From Candidatus Tenderia sp. (lineage in GTDB: Bacteria; Pseudomonadota; Gammaproteobacteria; Tenderiales; Tenderiaceae): 64,000 nt of DNA. Below, in pieces: positions 19,843 to 28,539 of the stretch. The DNA is taken from contig JANOSY010000045.1 in assembly GCA_031416075.1 (NCBI GenBank), positions 48,131 to 112,130 on the forward strand, read 5' to 3'. A program made the translations under genes and the position numbers. The notes under the pieces are model-generated. The model ran no database searches and was not told the origin of the DNA. It saw only the letters and a list, made by a program, of their open reading frames with translations. How positions within the stretch are numbered: position 1 is the stretch's first letter; each line of letters starts with the position of its first letter.

Positions 19843-19887
19843 ACTGTATAGCAGTGAGATTTCACAGGCATTTCCTTTGTATTACAT
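19843..19887 (-). promoter_or_regulatory. Triple Pho-box-like repeat plus -10 upstream of RHH gene
   Basis: Minus strand ATGTAAT-ACAA-AGGAAAT-GCCT-GTGAAAT-N10-TACAGT. Confidence 0.55.
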
Positions 19888-20010
19888 TTGCTAAAAATTG
19901 CGCATACAACCATGTCGACAATTGTCATTCAGGGCAATGCGGAGCGGCCGATGGACAAAGATTCAGTCTTTTTGTCGAAGAGAAGAGTAGATGTGTAAAG
20001 AGAAGAGATT

Positions 20011-20077
20011 CCGTAATAATACATTTACGCAAACTTAACCGGATATTCACCCGTTGTTAATCATGGCCCTTTAAAGT
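20011..20077 (+). promoter_or_regulatory. Degenerate 11-bp-pitch repeat array plus -10 upstream of VPLPA gene
   Basis: CCGTAAT-AATA-CATTTAC-GCAA-ACTTAAC-CGGA-TATTCAC-CCGT-TGTTAAT-N10-TAAAGT. Confidence 0.45.
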
Positions 20078-20112
20078 TTGGCCTTACCAGTAATTTACTT
20101 TGGAGATCCGTC

Positions 20113-20784
20113 ATGGGTAATACAAAAAGAACACCTCTCTGGCTTGGCCTTGCGACACTAGCCGTGGTGACGTCTCAAGTTCCAGCACAGGCGGCAGTCG
20201 TCACGTATAGCTACGACATGGAGTTCAGTGGTGCGCGGGCGCCAGGAGGTAACGGCCCGTGGCTCATCGCCACATTTGATGACCACAACAGCCAGGGATC
20301 GGTCCGGTTAACAGTCTCCAGCGCCGGACTCGTTTCAGGGGAAAATGTTGGCGGCCTATACTTCAATCTCGATCCGAAACTCATTCCAGCGCAATTATCG
20401 CTCACCTACCTCACCAACACCTCAACAGCCCCAGTGGCAAGCAAAATTTCTCTGGCCAAAGACAGCTACAAGGCTGATGGCGACGGCAAATATGACATCA
20501 AGATGGAATTTCCAAACGGTAGCGGCTTTGATGCGGGGGAGATGCTCGCCTTTGAGATCACCGGCATCAGCACCCTGACAGCCGCTTCATTCTCGTTTCT
20601 GAGTGCACCCGCCGGTGGCCATGGACCTTACTATGCTGCCGCTCACATCCAGAACACTACCGGTGCAGGTCTTGGCGACGGCGGCTGGATCGCCCCGACA
20701 GTACCCCTGCCCGCTGCGGGCTGGCTGTTGGGTTCCGGTCTGATGATGCTCGTTGCTTATGGCAGGAAGGTTTCGAAAATCTAA
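20113..20784 (+). CDS. VPLPA-CTERM sorting domain protein
   Basis: Signal peptide; KADGDGKYDI and YAAAHIQ motifs; C-terminal VPLPAAGWLLGSGLMMLVAYGRK. Confidence 0.9.
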   Translation: MGNTKRTPLWLGLATLAVVTSQVPAQAAVVTYSYDMEFSGARAPGGNGPWLIATFDDHNSQGSVRLTVSSAGLVSGENVGGLYFNLDPKLIPAQLSLTYLTNTSTAPVASKISLAKDSYKADGDGKYDIKMEFPNGSGFDAGEMLAFEITGISTLTAASFSFLSAPAGGHGPYYAAAHIQNTTGAGLGDGGWIAPTVPLPAAGWLLGSGLMMLVAYGRKVSKI

Positions 20785-20808
20785 AATCAGCGTTACAGTG
20801 AATATTCC

Positions 20809-20843
20809 TCCGTTCATGGTTCGACGAGTTCACCACGAACGGA
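20809..20843. repeat. REP-like palindrome between convergent genes
   Basis: TCCGTTCATGGT-TCGACGAGTTC-ACCACGAACGGA, 12-bp stem with one mismatch. Confidence 0.6.
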
Positions 20844-20876
20844 TTTCTGGGAGCGGCATTAGCTCGTAGGGTGGGT

Positions 20877-20904
20877 AGAGCCTGCCCCACGCAGTGCTTT
20901 GGGC
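20877..20904 (+). repeat. 28-bp micro-element copy 1, inside a GTAG-type hairpin
   Basis: AGAGCCTGCCCCACGCAGTGCTTTGGGC; removal restores CGTAGGGTGGG-TATT-TCCGCTCTACG. Confidence 0.75.
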
Positions 20905-20980
20905 ATTTCCGCTCTACGCCTGCTAACCGTGCGTAACTTTGAATCACACCCTCCGCTCGAGGAGTTATTTTGATTCCGTG

Positions 20981-21640
20981 TTATGGAGCAGAGTCATCCG
21001 CCTGCGACTGAAATTTGTGCTGTTCCATCCGGTCGCGGTAAAGCTCAGCGATTGATTCAATTTCGACTCGTTTGAGCTGGGTCACAGGCTCACGCTGTAG
21101 CAAGGCATCCCAGACCCCTTTCCCTTCGTACTGCTGAATCAACTCCTGCGCTGTCTTGTAGAGCGCCTGGTTATCCTTGACGCATTGATTCAGGGTATCG
21201 CCCTTCTGCCCCGTAGATGCCTCAAGTGTGGCGACATGCTCCTCTGACTTGCGCAGTTCGGCGACCAGCTCTTTGTATTTCTCCACCACCTTTTGCAGAC
21301 GCTCCTGAGTCTCGGTGAGCTTCTCTGCCGTGGCCACTCCGCTCTCCTGGGCACGATCCGTAGCACGGGCGCTTTCACCCTGTTGCGCCTTGAGGCGGGT
21401 GATCTCCCGCGTGCTCTCTGTCAATTTCCCTTTTACATCACCCAGCTCTTTTATCTGGCGCTCATTATCTGCCGTCAGCTGCTCCTGTTTGGTTCGCATG
21501 GCATCACGTTCAGCAGTGATCTGTTGCAACAGCGCCGCATTGCCGCCATCTCCACCGCCACGGCGCACCGATTCTGCTGCAACTTGCTGCACAGGCAACA
21601 ATGCAACCAGCATGAAGATCACTGCATGTATCTGCTTCAT
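20981..21640 (-). CDS. Secreted coiled-coil protein, last gene of ExbBD-TonB-porin operon
   Basis: Signal peptide, long heptad region, C-terminal C..N..LY...LLQREPVTQLKRVEIE; GGAGGT RBS before MKQIH. Confidence 0.7.
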   Translation of the reverse strand: MKQIHAVIFMLVALLPVQQVAAESVRRGGGDGGNAALLQQITAERDAMRTKQEQLTADNERQIKELGDVKGKLTESTREITRLKAQQGESARATDRAQESGVATAEKLTETQERLQKVVEKYKELVAELRKSEEHVATLEASTGQKGDTLNQCVKDNQALYKTAQELIQQYEGKGVWDALLQREPVTQLKRVEIESIAELYRDRMEQHKFQSQADDSAP

Positions 21641-21663
21641 TTCGATCACCTCCAAAATTGATC

Positions 21664-23313
21664 CTAGAACTTCACATTGAGATCGAGCTGCACAACATCA
21701 ATCCCCAGTGGCGGACCATCAATCGCGTCCGCACTCAGCCAGCGGAAATTGAAGGCGGTGTTATCCATCAGGCCATACTCAACCCCCATGATCCACCCCT
21801 CGGCATCGGTACCGCCAAGATGGAAGTCGGAGTCGGTGAAGGCATCCACCACCGCATCACGCTCCAGCCGTTTGAAGGCAGCGGTGATACGCCAGTCATC
21901 TGCTTTAGTGATCTGCGGCCAACCCACCGCCAGCTGTACCTGATAGCCCTGGGTGCGGGCCTTCTCCGTATAACCGGTGAGGGCGGAGACCTCATCCTCC
22001 TTGAAGCCATTGTTCCTGACGTAATCACCCGTCAGCACCACATGGACGGGAGCAAAACTTGCCAGATCGGCGCGTAGTGTCAGGTTGATTTCGTTATAGT
22101 CCGAGGCCAGCGCCCAGCGGTCAGTGGCCGCATCGGTATCGTTGCGGATATCGAAGAGTGTATTGCCCTTCTGCATGAACTCTGGCGCCGTGAAGTCATT
22201 CAATTTGCTGTCCAGCGTGTTGCGTTCACCGACGATGTTACGGAAATCGTAATAGGCCAGCGCCACGGTGAAACTGGACTGATTGTCACTGGTCCACTGC
22301 CCGCCAAGCTGCGCACCGAGCAGCCATTTGTCGCGTGATGAGAGTTCAGTCTCTTGCAACGGAAAGGCACCCAGCGTCAAGAACAACGTCTGATCAGCAT
22401 TGGCGAGATCGGAGAGACCATCCTCCTCACCCAATCTGAGCCGGTAAGTGGTCGCCACCCCTTCGAAGTTGAGATCACCATCCCAGACCAGGTCGGTCGA
22501 GACCCACGGATTGGGTATACGCCCGCCCCACACCGTCATGCGATTGAAACCATCGAAATCGTACATGTTGTAACGCAGATAGGCCTGTTCCAGCAGCATG
22601 GTGTAGGGGCGGCCAGAGTTGCCGAGGGTCTGGTTGGTGGAGACCGGGTCGCCACTGTTACCCGTCGCCAGCCGCGTGCCAACCAGTACCTGGTCATTGA
22701 CCTTGGCATCGATGCCAAGCCGCAGACGCATCCGCTCGCGATGGCGACCCTCGGTGGTGTTCAGAAATGGATTGTCGCTCTTACCATAACCACCGGCGCG
22801 ATTGAGCTCAGAGAAATTGACATAGGTCTGCGCCGGATTGTCATCGGCAAAGAGATCGGACTGATGGCGCAGACGCAGATCACCCTTGATCTTGACGTTC
22901 TCCACCCACTCCGGCAGCACACCGGGGATACCCCAGCGCTCCTGCTGCGCCTGCCCCTTGATGTCATTAACCACATCCTCACGCAGGCCGAAACGCACCT
23001 CATCACGAATCGCATTTTTTACCGCCTCGGGCACGTAGGGCACACGCAACGTATCAGGCGACTGCGGCGCGGGCAGCTCACGTGGCGCAGATGATTGTGG
23101 TTGCAGCTGTTTTATCAGCAGATCGCCCTGCTCGGTGCTGATGACCCCCTGTTTAATCAGGGCGCTGATCAGCTCACTCACCGTCTGTTGCAGTGGCGGC
23201 TGAGCTGAAACTGGAGTTGAAGAGGCTACCTCTTCGGCACTCACCTGGAGTGCTGCCGCCACTGCGGCCACGCCAAAAACTGCAACAAGGTTCTTCGGTT
23301 TAAAGGTTTTCAT
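21664..23313 (-). CDS. Putative porin (Porin_5-like outer-membrane beta-barrel)
   Basis: LIKQGVIS, VPYVPEAVK, GDLRLR, RERMRLRLG, STNQTLG, FTDSDFHLGGTDAEG, terminal QLDLNVKF. Confidence 0.85.
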   Translation of the reverse strand: MKTFKPKNLVAVFGVAAVAAALQVSAEEVASSTPVSAQPPLQQTVSELISALIKQGVISTEQGDLLIKQLQPQSSAPRELPAPQSPDTLRVPYVPEAVKNAIRDEVRFGLREDVVNDIKGQAQQERWGIPGVLPEWVENVKIKGDLRLRHQSDLFADDNPAQTYVNFSELNRAGGYGKSDNPFLNTTEGRHRERMRLRLGIDAKVNDQVLVGTRLATGNSGDPVSTNQTLGNSGRPYTMLLEQAYLRYNMYDFDGFNRMTVWGGRIPNPWVSTDLVWDGDLNFEGVATTYRLRLGEEDGLSDLANADQTLFLTLGAFPLQETELSSRDKWLLGAQLGGQWTSDNQSSFTVALAYYDFRNIVGERNTLDSKLNDFTAPEFMQKGNTLFDIRNDTDAATDRWALASDYNEINLTLRADLASFAPVHVVLTGDYVRNNGFKEDEVSALTGYTEKARTQGYQVQLAVGWPQITKADDWRITAAFKRLERDAVVDAFTDSDFHLGGTDAEGWIMGVEYGLMDNTAFNFRWLSADAIDGPPLGIDVVQLDLNVKF

Positions 23314-23367
23314 CTTTTCTCTTAATCCAACTTCTCTTTGAAGAGTGTTAAATAAATGTCACAACGT

Positions 23368-24036
23368 TCAGCCACGCGAACTCAGCCGCAGACGCACCGG
23401 CTGCGGCGTCCCTTCGGGCGGCGGTGAGACACGATCCAGTCCGGTCAATACCGCGCTGATCATCTCGCGCGATGAATCTCCCGAAACATTCTCCACCTGA
23501 TAACGTTCAACCCGGCCACTGGCATCGATCCAGAGCGTGAGATCAACGCTGTAGCGTTTGTTCTTACGCAGCTCTTTGTAGCCGTTGAAAAACTCGGTCA
23601 GATCCTGATCCAGCCGCCGTGTATACCAGCCGAAGCGTGCATCACCGCCGCCGCCGCCAATCAGGCCACGGCCACCCTTGCGCCCCACCAGGCCAAAACC
23701 ATCACCACCAGCGCCGCCATCGGCATCGAGTCCGAGATCATCACCGGCAGGCGCATCATCGGCGGGCTGATCCTGTGGCGCATCGGGTTGCGGTTCGGGA
23801 TCGGGTTGCGGCGTCTCCACCTTCTGCTCCGGCTCCGGCGGCGGCTCCTCCTGCTTGGGTGGCGGCGGCGGTGGCGGTGGTGTAATCAGGGTGATCTGTT
23901 GTGTCTTGAGCCTCGGTGGTGTCACCGTCTCCGACAGGGTCTGCTTGAGCCAGATGAGCAGCGCAATCACCACAACCACCGCCACAGTAATGGCGGCGGC
24001 AGGCAACAGACGCAGATAACGGATATTGGCAGTCAT
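23368..24036 (-). CDS. tonB: TonB-like energy transducer
   Basis: N-terminal TM, poly-Pro linker, C-terminal TonB-like domain (LWIDASGRV...PPPEGTPQPVRLRL). Confidence 0.8.
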   Translation of the reverse strand: MTANIRYLRLLPAAAITVAVVVVIALLIWLKQTLSETVTPPRLKTQQITLITPPPPPPPPKQEEPPPEPEQKVETPQPDPEPQPDAPQDQPADDAPAGDDLGLDADGGAGGDGFGLVGRKGGRGLIGGGGGDARFGWYTRRLDQDLTEFFNGYKELRKNKRYSVDLTLWIDASGRVERYQVENVSGDSSREMISAVLTGLDRVSPPPEGTPQPVRLRLSSRG

Positions 24037-24057
24037 GATGATGAGTGTGGCCCGGTG

Positions 24058-24462
24058 CTACTTCACAAGCTTCTGCGTCACCAGCCCCAGCTGGGTGATC
24101 TCCAGCCTGCCCAGCAGGTCCAGCACATCTACCACATGCTGATACTGCACAGCGCCATCGGCCTTGACCACCACCGGCAGTTCGGGATTACCGGCCTTGA
24201 GCTGACGCAACTGCGCCTCCAGTTCCGGCAATGTCACTGGAGAGGTATCGAGATAGATAGTCCCTTCCGGCGTGATCGTGATCGCCTTGGTCTGTGGTTT
24301 GGCAAGACTCGGGGTTGAACTCGCCGTGGGCAGATTGACCTTGATCCCCTGCACCGTCGCCGTAGCCATGATGATAAAGATAACCAGCAGCACATACGCC
24401 AGATCGAGCATCGCCGTAACATTGATGTCGTCGTAAGGTTTGTTCTCGCCCTGAATCTGCAT
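24058..24462 (-). CDS. exbD: Biopolymer transporter ExbD
   Basis: INVTAMLDLAYVLLVIFII, VNLP, KADGAVQYQHVVDVLD. Confidence 0.92.
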   Translation of the reverse strand: MQIQGENKPYDDINVTAMLDLAYVLLVIFIIMATATVQGIKVNLPTASSTPSLAKPQTKAITITPEGTIYLDTSPVTLPELEAQLRQLKAGNPELPVVVKADGAVQYQHVVDVLDLLGRLEITQLGLVTQKLVK

Positions 24463-24465
24463 CGC

Positions 24466-26214
24466 TTAACTCCCGTGATGTTCAGCAATTTTGCCGATGA
24501 ACTCATCGACAAAGACCTGCATCTCGGCAATAGAATCACGCACACGCGCACCGAGATAGTTGTAACCAAACAGCGCCGGGATGGCAACGACCAGACCGGC
24601 AACCGTAGCTACCAGCGCAGCGGCGATGCCGGGGGCGATGGCATTGATGTTGATATCACCACTGGCGGCGATGGCGGCGAAGGTGATCATGACCCCCACC
24701 ACCGTACCGAGCAGACCGAGGAACGGGCCACCACTGACGGCGATGGTCAGCAACACCATCTGGGCATTGAGCTTCTGGCACTCACGCACCAGGGTGGCAT
24801 CCAGTGCTGCACGGATCGCAACGACCGCCTGCGGCGAGAGACTATTGGCGCTGGCGCCAACCGAACGGCCGACACGCTGATTCAACTCCTGAATCCCGGT
24901 GTGATAGATGTGATAGAGCGGTGAACTCTGATAGTGATCATGCTTGCCAAACAGCGCCATCAGGAACGGTGTGTTCTCCAGCTGCTGGTCAGCATCACTG
25001 ACGCTACTGTCGAGCGCACCGGGATTGTCGAGCCCGAGTTTGCGAAAATCCTTAATAAAATTCCGATTGTCGCGGCCCACACGGCTCAGCAGGAAACCCT
25101 TGCCGATCATGATCAGCCAGCTGATCACCGCCATGATCATCAATATGCCGATCACCACCCAGCCATCGAACGTCACGTTCTGCAGAATCACGCCGAAGTA
25201 GGAGGCACTCTCCTCGCCATCCGCACTCTCCTGCGCCTCATCTTCGCCCAGCGTCAGCAAGGTAGCGGCAGAGCCCTGACCGGCGGCCGCAAAACGCAAC
25301 CACTCGGCGCTGCGCACAGTGGCCGCCACCTGCACCTCATCCATCTCGCCCTTGAAGCCCGAACCGATGATCAATGGCTCATTCAGCGGCGCAAGGTTAG
25401 CAGCGATGCTGCCAGATTCCAGACCATCCACATAGAGCACCACACGGCCAGCAGCGGCAGTCACTGCGAGATGGTGCCAGCTGCCCGGCACAAGCTCTGT
25501 TGCAACTGCGCTTTTTGTAGCGCCGTAACTGACATAAGGTGATGCGCCATCAATACCTAATTTCAAAGCAGAGCCAAGCTGCATGACATTGGCTTTGCTC
25601 TGCGCGCCATCAAGCTTCACCCAGCTGGAGAAACTCCACCCCTTGGCCGGATCGAGCGCCAGCGTGGCACTGGGGCCAGCCTGAATCAGACTGCTGCCAT
25701 CGAATTTAGCACCGGCACCGATCAGCGCCGTCACCGGCTGCGCCGTAAACTGTTGCGGCTGATTGGCATAAGCAGTGGCATCAACAGGCGTGCCCTGCGG
25801 CTCGAAGTGATAGACCAGCGCCTGCTGCGCATCGTAACTGCCCGCCACATCAGCAGCAGAGGCAGCCGCCTTCGGATTGCCGTAATAGAGCCACAACGTA
25901 TCGCCTTTTTTAGCACTGGGCAGCTGCACCCAGAGCATCGCCATCTGGTTGGCAACATCAAATTTTTCGATATGGAATTTTAGCTCGCTCTTGTCATCCC
26001 CAGCAACAAGACGCAGATCAGAACCATCAGGCTTCACATCGGAGAAGTAAGTGAAGTTGCCGGTGTGCAGACGCACCAGCAACGGCGCCGCCTGAACCTC
26101 ATCGGTGGTGTTGATCGTCAACTTCTTACGATACTGCCACTCCTCATTCCACCAGGCCTGAGAGACAGCAGGCAGCAACATCAGTGCTGCTGCAAACAAT
26201 GCGCGAATATTCAT
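24466..26214 (-). CDS. exbB: DUF2341 + LamG-like + MotA/TolQ/ExbB proton-channel fusion
   Basis: WWNEEWQYRKKLTI, DGSDLRLV, YYGNP (DUF2341); WHHLAVT...LYVDG (LamG); GGPFLGLLGTVVGVMITF, APGIAAALVATVAGLVVAIPA (ExbB). Confidence 0.92.
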   Translation of the reverse strand: MNIRALFAAALMLLPAVSQAWWNEEWQYRKKLTINTTDEVQAAPLLVRLHTGNFTYFSDVKPDGSDLRLVAGDDKSELKFHIEKFDVANQMAMLWVQLPSAKKGDTLWLYYGNPKAAASAADVAGSYDAQQALVYHFEPQGTPVDATAYANQPQQFTAQPVTALIGAGAKFDGSSLIQAGPSATLALDPAKGWSFSSWVKLDGAQSKANVMQLGSALKLGIDGASPYVSYGATKSAVATELVPGSWHHLAVTAAAGRVVLYVDGLESGSIAANLAPLNEPLIIGSGFKGEMDEVQVAATVRSAEWLRFAAAGQGSAATLLTLGEDEAQESADGEESASYFGVILQNVTFDGWVVIGILMIMAVISWLIMIGKGFLLSRVGRDNRNFIKDFRKLGLDNPGALDSSVSDADQQLENTPFLMALFGKHDHYQSSPLYHIYHTGIQELNQRVGRSVGASANSLSPQAVVAIRAALDATLVRECQKLNAQMVLLTIAVSGGPFLGLLGTVVGVMITFAAIAASGDININAIAPGIAAALVATVAGLVVAIPALFGYNYLGARVRDSIAEMQVFVDEFIGKIAEHHGS

Positions 26215-26250
26215 GTCAGTGATCTTTCCGGGGTTAACTGAAACGCGGCC

Positions 26251-26284
26251 ATTGTGCCTGCCCTATATTTCATCCCGGTTACGG
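26251..26284 (-). promoter_or_regulatory. Pho-box-like repeat plus -10 upstream of exbB
   Basis: Minus strand CCGTAAC-CGGG-ATGAAAT-N10-CACAAT. Confidence 0.5.
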
Positions 26285-26503
26285 AATGGGACATTATTTG
26301 CTGTTTTTTATTACAAAAATGAGTTTTTTGATTTGGTGGTTATCAGATGGATAAGACCGGAGAGCTGTCGTTGGATTAATCCTTTACCAGATTCGTTATA
26401 ATTCTTGGATTCAACCAATAAGTGCATAACTTGAACAGAGCAGAAGAAAAGGTCAGTCACCTGTAATCTGATCGTTTTTTCTCCGGCAAGAGATGCGACG
26501 AAT

Positions 26504-27497
26504 ATGAGCTACGAGCAACTGACCTACGAACAACGATGTCAGAGAGCCTGCCCCACGAAGTGCCTTGGGTATTTATGTGCTAAAGAAAAGCGATATGAGT
26601 CAACAATATATTGCTGACACTATTGGTGTTAGTCAGCCAACAATTAGTCGAGAGCTCAGACGCAATACTGGTGATCGCGGCTATCGTTTCAAACAAGCCC
26701 AAAAAATGAGCGAAGACCGCCGAATGCAAGCGATTAAGGCCCTCAAAATTACGCCTGAGATGATTCATCTTGTTGAATCAAAACTGCGGCTGGAGTGGAG
26801 TCCAGAACAAATATCGGGTTGGCTGCTGGAAGAGCGGGAAAAAATGCTTAGCCACGAAACAATTTACTTGCATATCTGGGCAGACAAGGCCTCTGGTGGC
26901 GACTTGTTTAGCTTGCTTCGCCGCAAAGGCAAAGCCTACCAGCCCCGCAGTAAAGACCAGGCAGGACGCGGCCATATAAAGAATCGCGTCAGCATTGATG
27001 AGCGCCCAACAATTGTTGATGGAACGGGGCGTGTGGGTGATTGGGAGATCGATTTTGTGATTGGTAAAGGTCACAGTGGCGCTCTGGTGACCATTGTTGA
27101 GCGTGTAACAAGTTTCACCGTATCAAGGCGCATTAATGATAAATCAGCACATACGGTGACCATGGCAACGATCGCCTTGTTAACGCCCTTCAAAGACATG
27201 GTATTAACCATCACCGCCGATAATGGCAAAGAGTTCGCATACCATGAGCTGATAACTCAGGCGCTGGGTGCACAGGTCTACTTCGCCGACCCTTACAGTT
27301 ATTGGCAGCGTGGATTGAATGAAAACACCAATGGCCTTTTACGACAATACTGGCCGAAAAGCACGGGCTTCAAAAAAGTCTCGGCGAATGATGTGTCTGC
27401 GGTTATCATTGAACTTAACGATTGGCCAAGAAAAAAACTAGGGTATAAAACGCCGGCTAAATTAGTGGCTGAACATATGGCTGCAATTGCAGCTTAG
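26504..27497 (+). pseudogene. IS30 transposase, frameshifted by a 28-bp insertion after codon 13
   Basis: MSYEQLTYEQRCQ (from 26504) joins IYVLKKS... in frame only if 26543-26570 is removed; GDWEID, ITADNGKEF, RGLNENTNGLLRQY. Confidence 0.85.
26543..26570 (+). repeat. 28-bp micro-element copy 2, inside IS30 transposase
   Basis: AGAGCCTGCCCCACGAAGTGCCTTGGGT, 25/28 identical to copy 1. Confidence 0.8.
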
Positions 27498-27553
27498 GTG
27501 GTTATGCACTTCGGGGTTGAATCTGCCATTTAATTCAATACCCCGACATGCGC

Positions 27554-27982
27554 TTAACGTAGCTCGACATTTTTTATTACGCCATAGGAGACACTGCCAC
27601 CGTTACTGGATACGACATCGTCACTACGAATAAATAGTTTTCCTTTTGAAAAATAGGCCATCATGATCATTGCGGCGTATTTAGAGCTGATACCCACGCC
27701 CTCTACACCGGGCAAGATCAGTGCTGTGGGTTGGGTCACGTTTAATAGTCCGTATTGCATCGACCTGGTCGGCGAACAACCACTATTTTCGTCAACAGTG
27801 ATACGCATCATTTTCGTTTTTGGCAACGCTGACGAATAGATGCCGGTACTATTATCGAGAAGTTCCGGGGAAGGCGGCGTGGCAAGCATACACTCAACTG
27901 CAAATAGCTTGCTAGACAACAGACTAAGCACGGCAATAGCGGCTATATTTAAACAAACATTCTTTTCATTTTTTTTCATCAT
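27554..27982 (-). CDS. Small secreted hypothetical protein
   Basis: Signal peptide, Cys pair, C-terminal KYAAMIMMAYFSKGKLFIR...IKNVELR similar to upstream neighbour. Confidence 0.65.
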   Translation of the reverse strand: MMKKNEKNVCLNIAAIAVLSLLSSKLFAVECMLATPPSPELLDNSTGIYSSALPKTKMMRITVDENSGCSPTRSMQYGLLNVTQPTALILPGVEGVGISSKYAAMIMMAYFSKGKLFIRSDDVVSSNGGSVSYGVIKNVELR

Positions 27983-28005
27983 GGCATCCTAATCATGGCG
28001 TTTTC

Positions 28006-28491
28006 TTACTTCAATACGACTCGATTTATTAAAGTTTGCCCCAAGTAGCCGTAGCTTTCAATTGATTCGGATGCTTCACCAGAAACGGTTATGGGCTGTT
28101 TTAAAACCACGGCCGTCATTATCATATCGTACAACTTATCGGCAAAAGAGCCCTTTTGATCGACACCCGTTAGGTACATGCTGCTGTAACCGGAAAAAAC
28201 CAGCGGCCCACCAGTTCCTGTTCCGTACACCGTAGCCGTTCCACCCATCAGCGTACATACTTTATCTTCCTTCGCAATAACGATTTTCATAAACATGGAT
28301 ATTGGAGCTTCTGTATCCTGCCCGTTGCGGTTATCCACAACGTGAATTCTAGACGCTGGATAAGTCTCAAAATTCAAGTCACAAGTCATTACACCACTAC
28401 TACCCGCACCCGCATGCGCTGAACCTAAAACAAGCGCGCAGCCACAGCCGACAAGCAGTTTAATAATTCTATGCATCTTATTAGCAATCAT
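28006..28491 (-). CDS. Small secreted hypothetical protein
   Basis: Signal peptide, Cys pair, C-terminal KLYDMIMTAVVLKQPITVSG...INRVVLK. Confidence 0.65.
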   Translation of the reverse strand: MIANKMHRIIKLLVGCGCALVLGSAHAGAGSSGVMTCDLNFETYPASRIHVVDNRNGQDTEAPISMFMKIVIAKEDKVCTLMGGTATVYGTGTGGPLVFSGYSSMYLTGVDQKGSFADKLYDMIMTAVVLKQPITVSGEASESIESYGYLGQTLINRVVLK

Positions 28492-28539
28492 TGGCTCCGT
28501 CCTATATTAATATGATTAATAATCTACTCTCTGCCACCG

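Larger units (their letters stand above)
26404..27527 (+). mobile_element. IS30-family insertion sequence
   Basis: Imperfect terminal IRs GATTCAACCAATAAGTGCATAAC (26408-26430) and GTTATGCACTTCGGGGTTGAATC (27501-27523) flank the transposase. Confidence 0.85.

Noticed and set aside
23345-23362. GTGTTAA-ATAA-ATGTCAC between tonB and porin
   Set aside because: Wrong orientation for the flanking genes, one poor half-site and no -10.
23780-23880. Short GC-rich repeats (ATCGGGTTGCGG x2, GGC/GGT runs)
   Set aside because: Explained by the Pro-rich TonB linker codons.
26565-27497. ORF-track 310-aa IS30 transposase as an intact gene
   Set aside because: Its TTG start lies inside the 28-bp insertion and omits the conserved first 13 codons.
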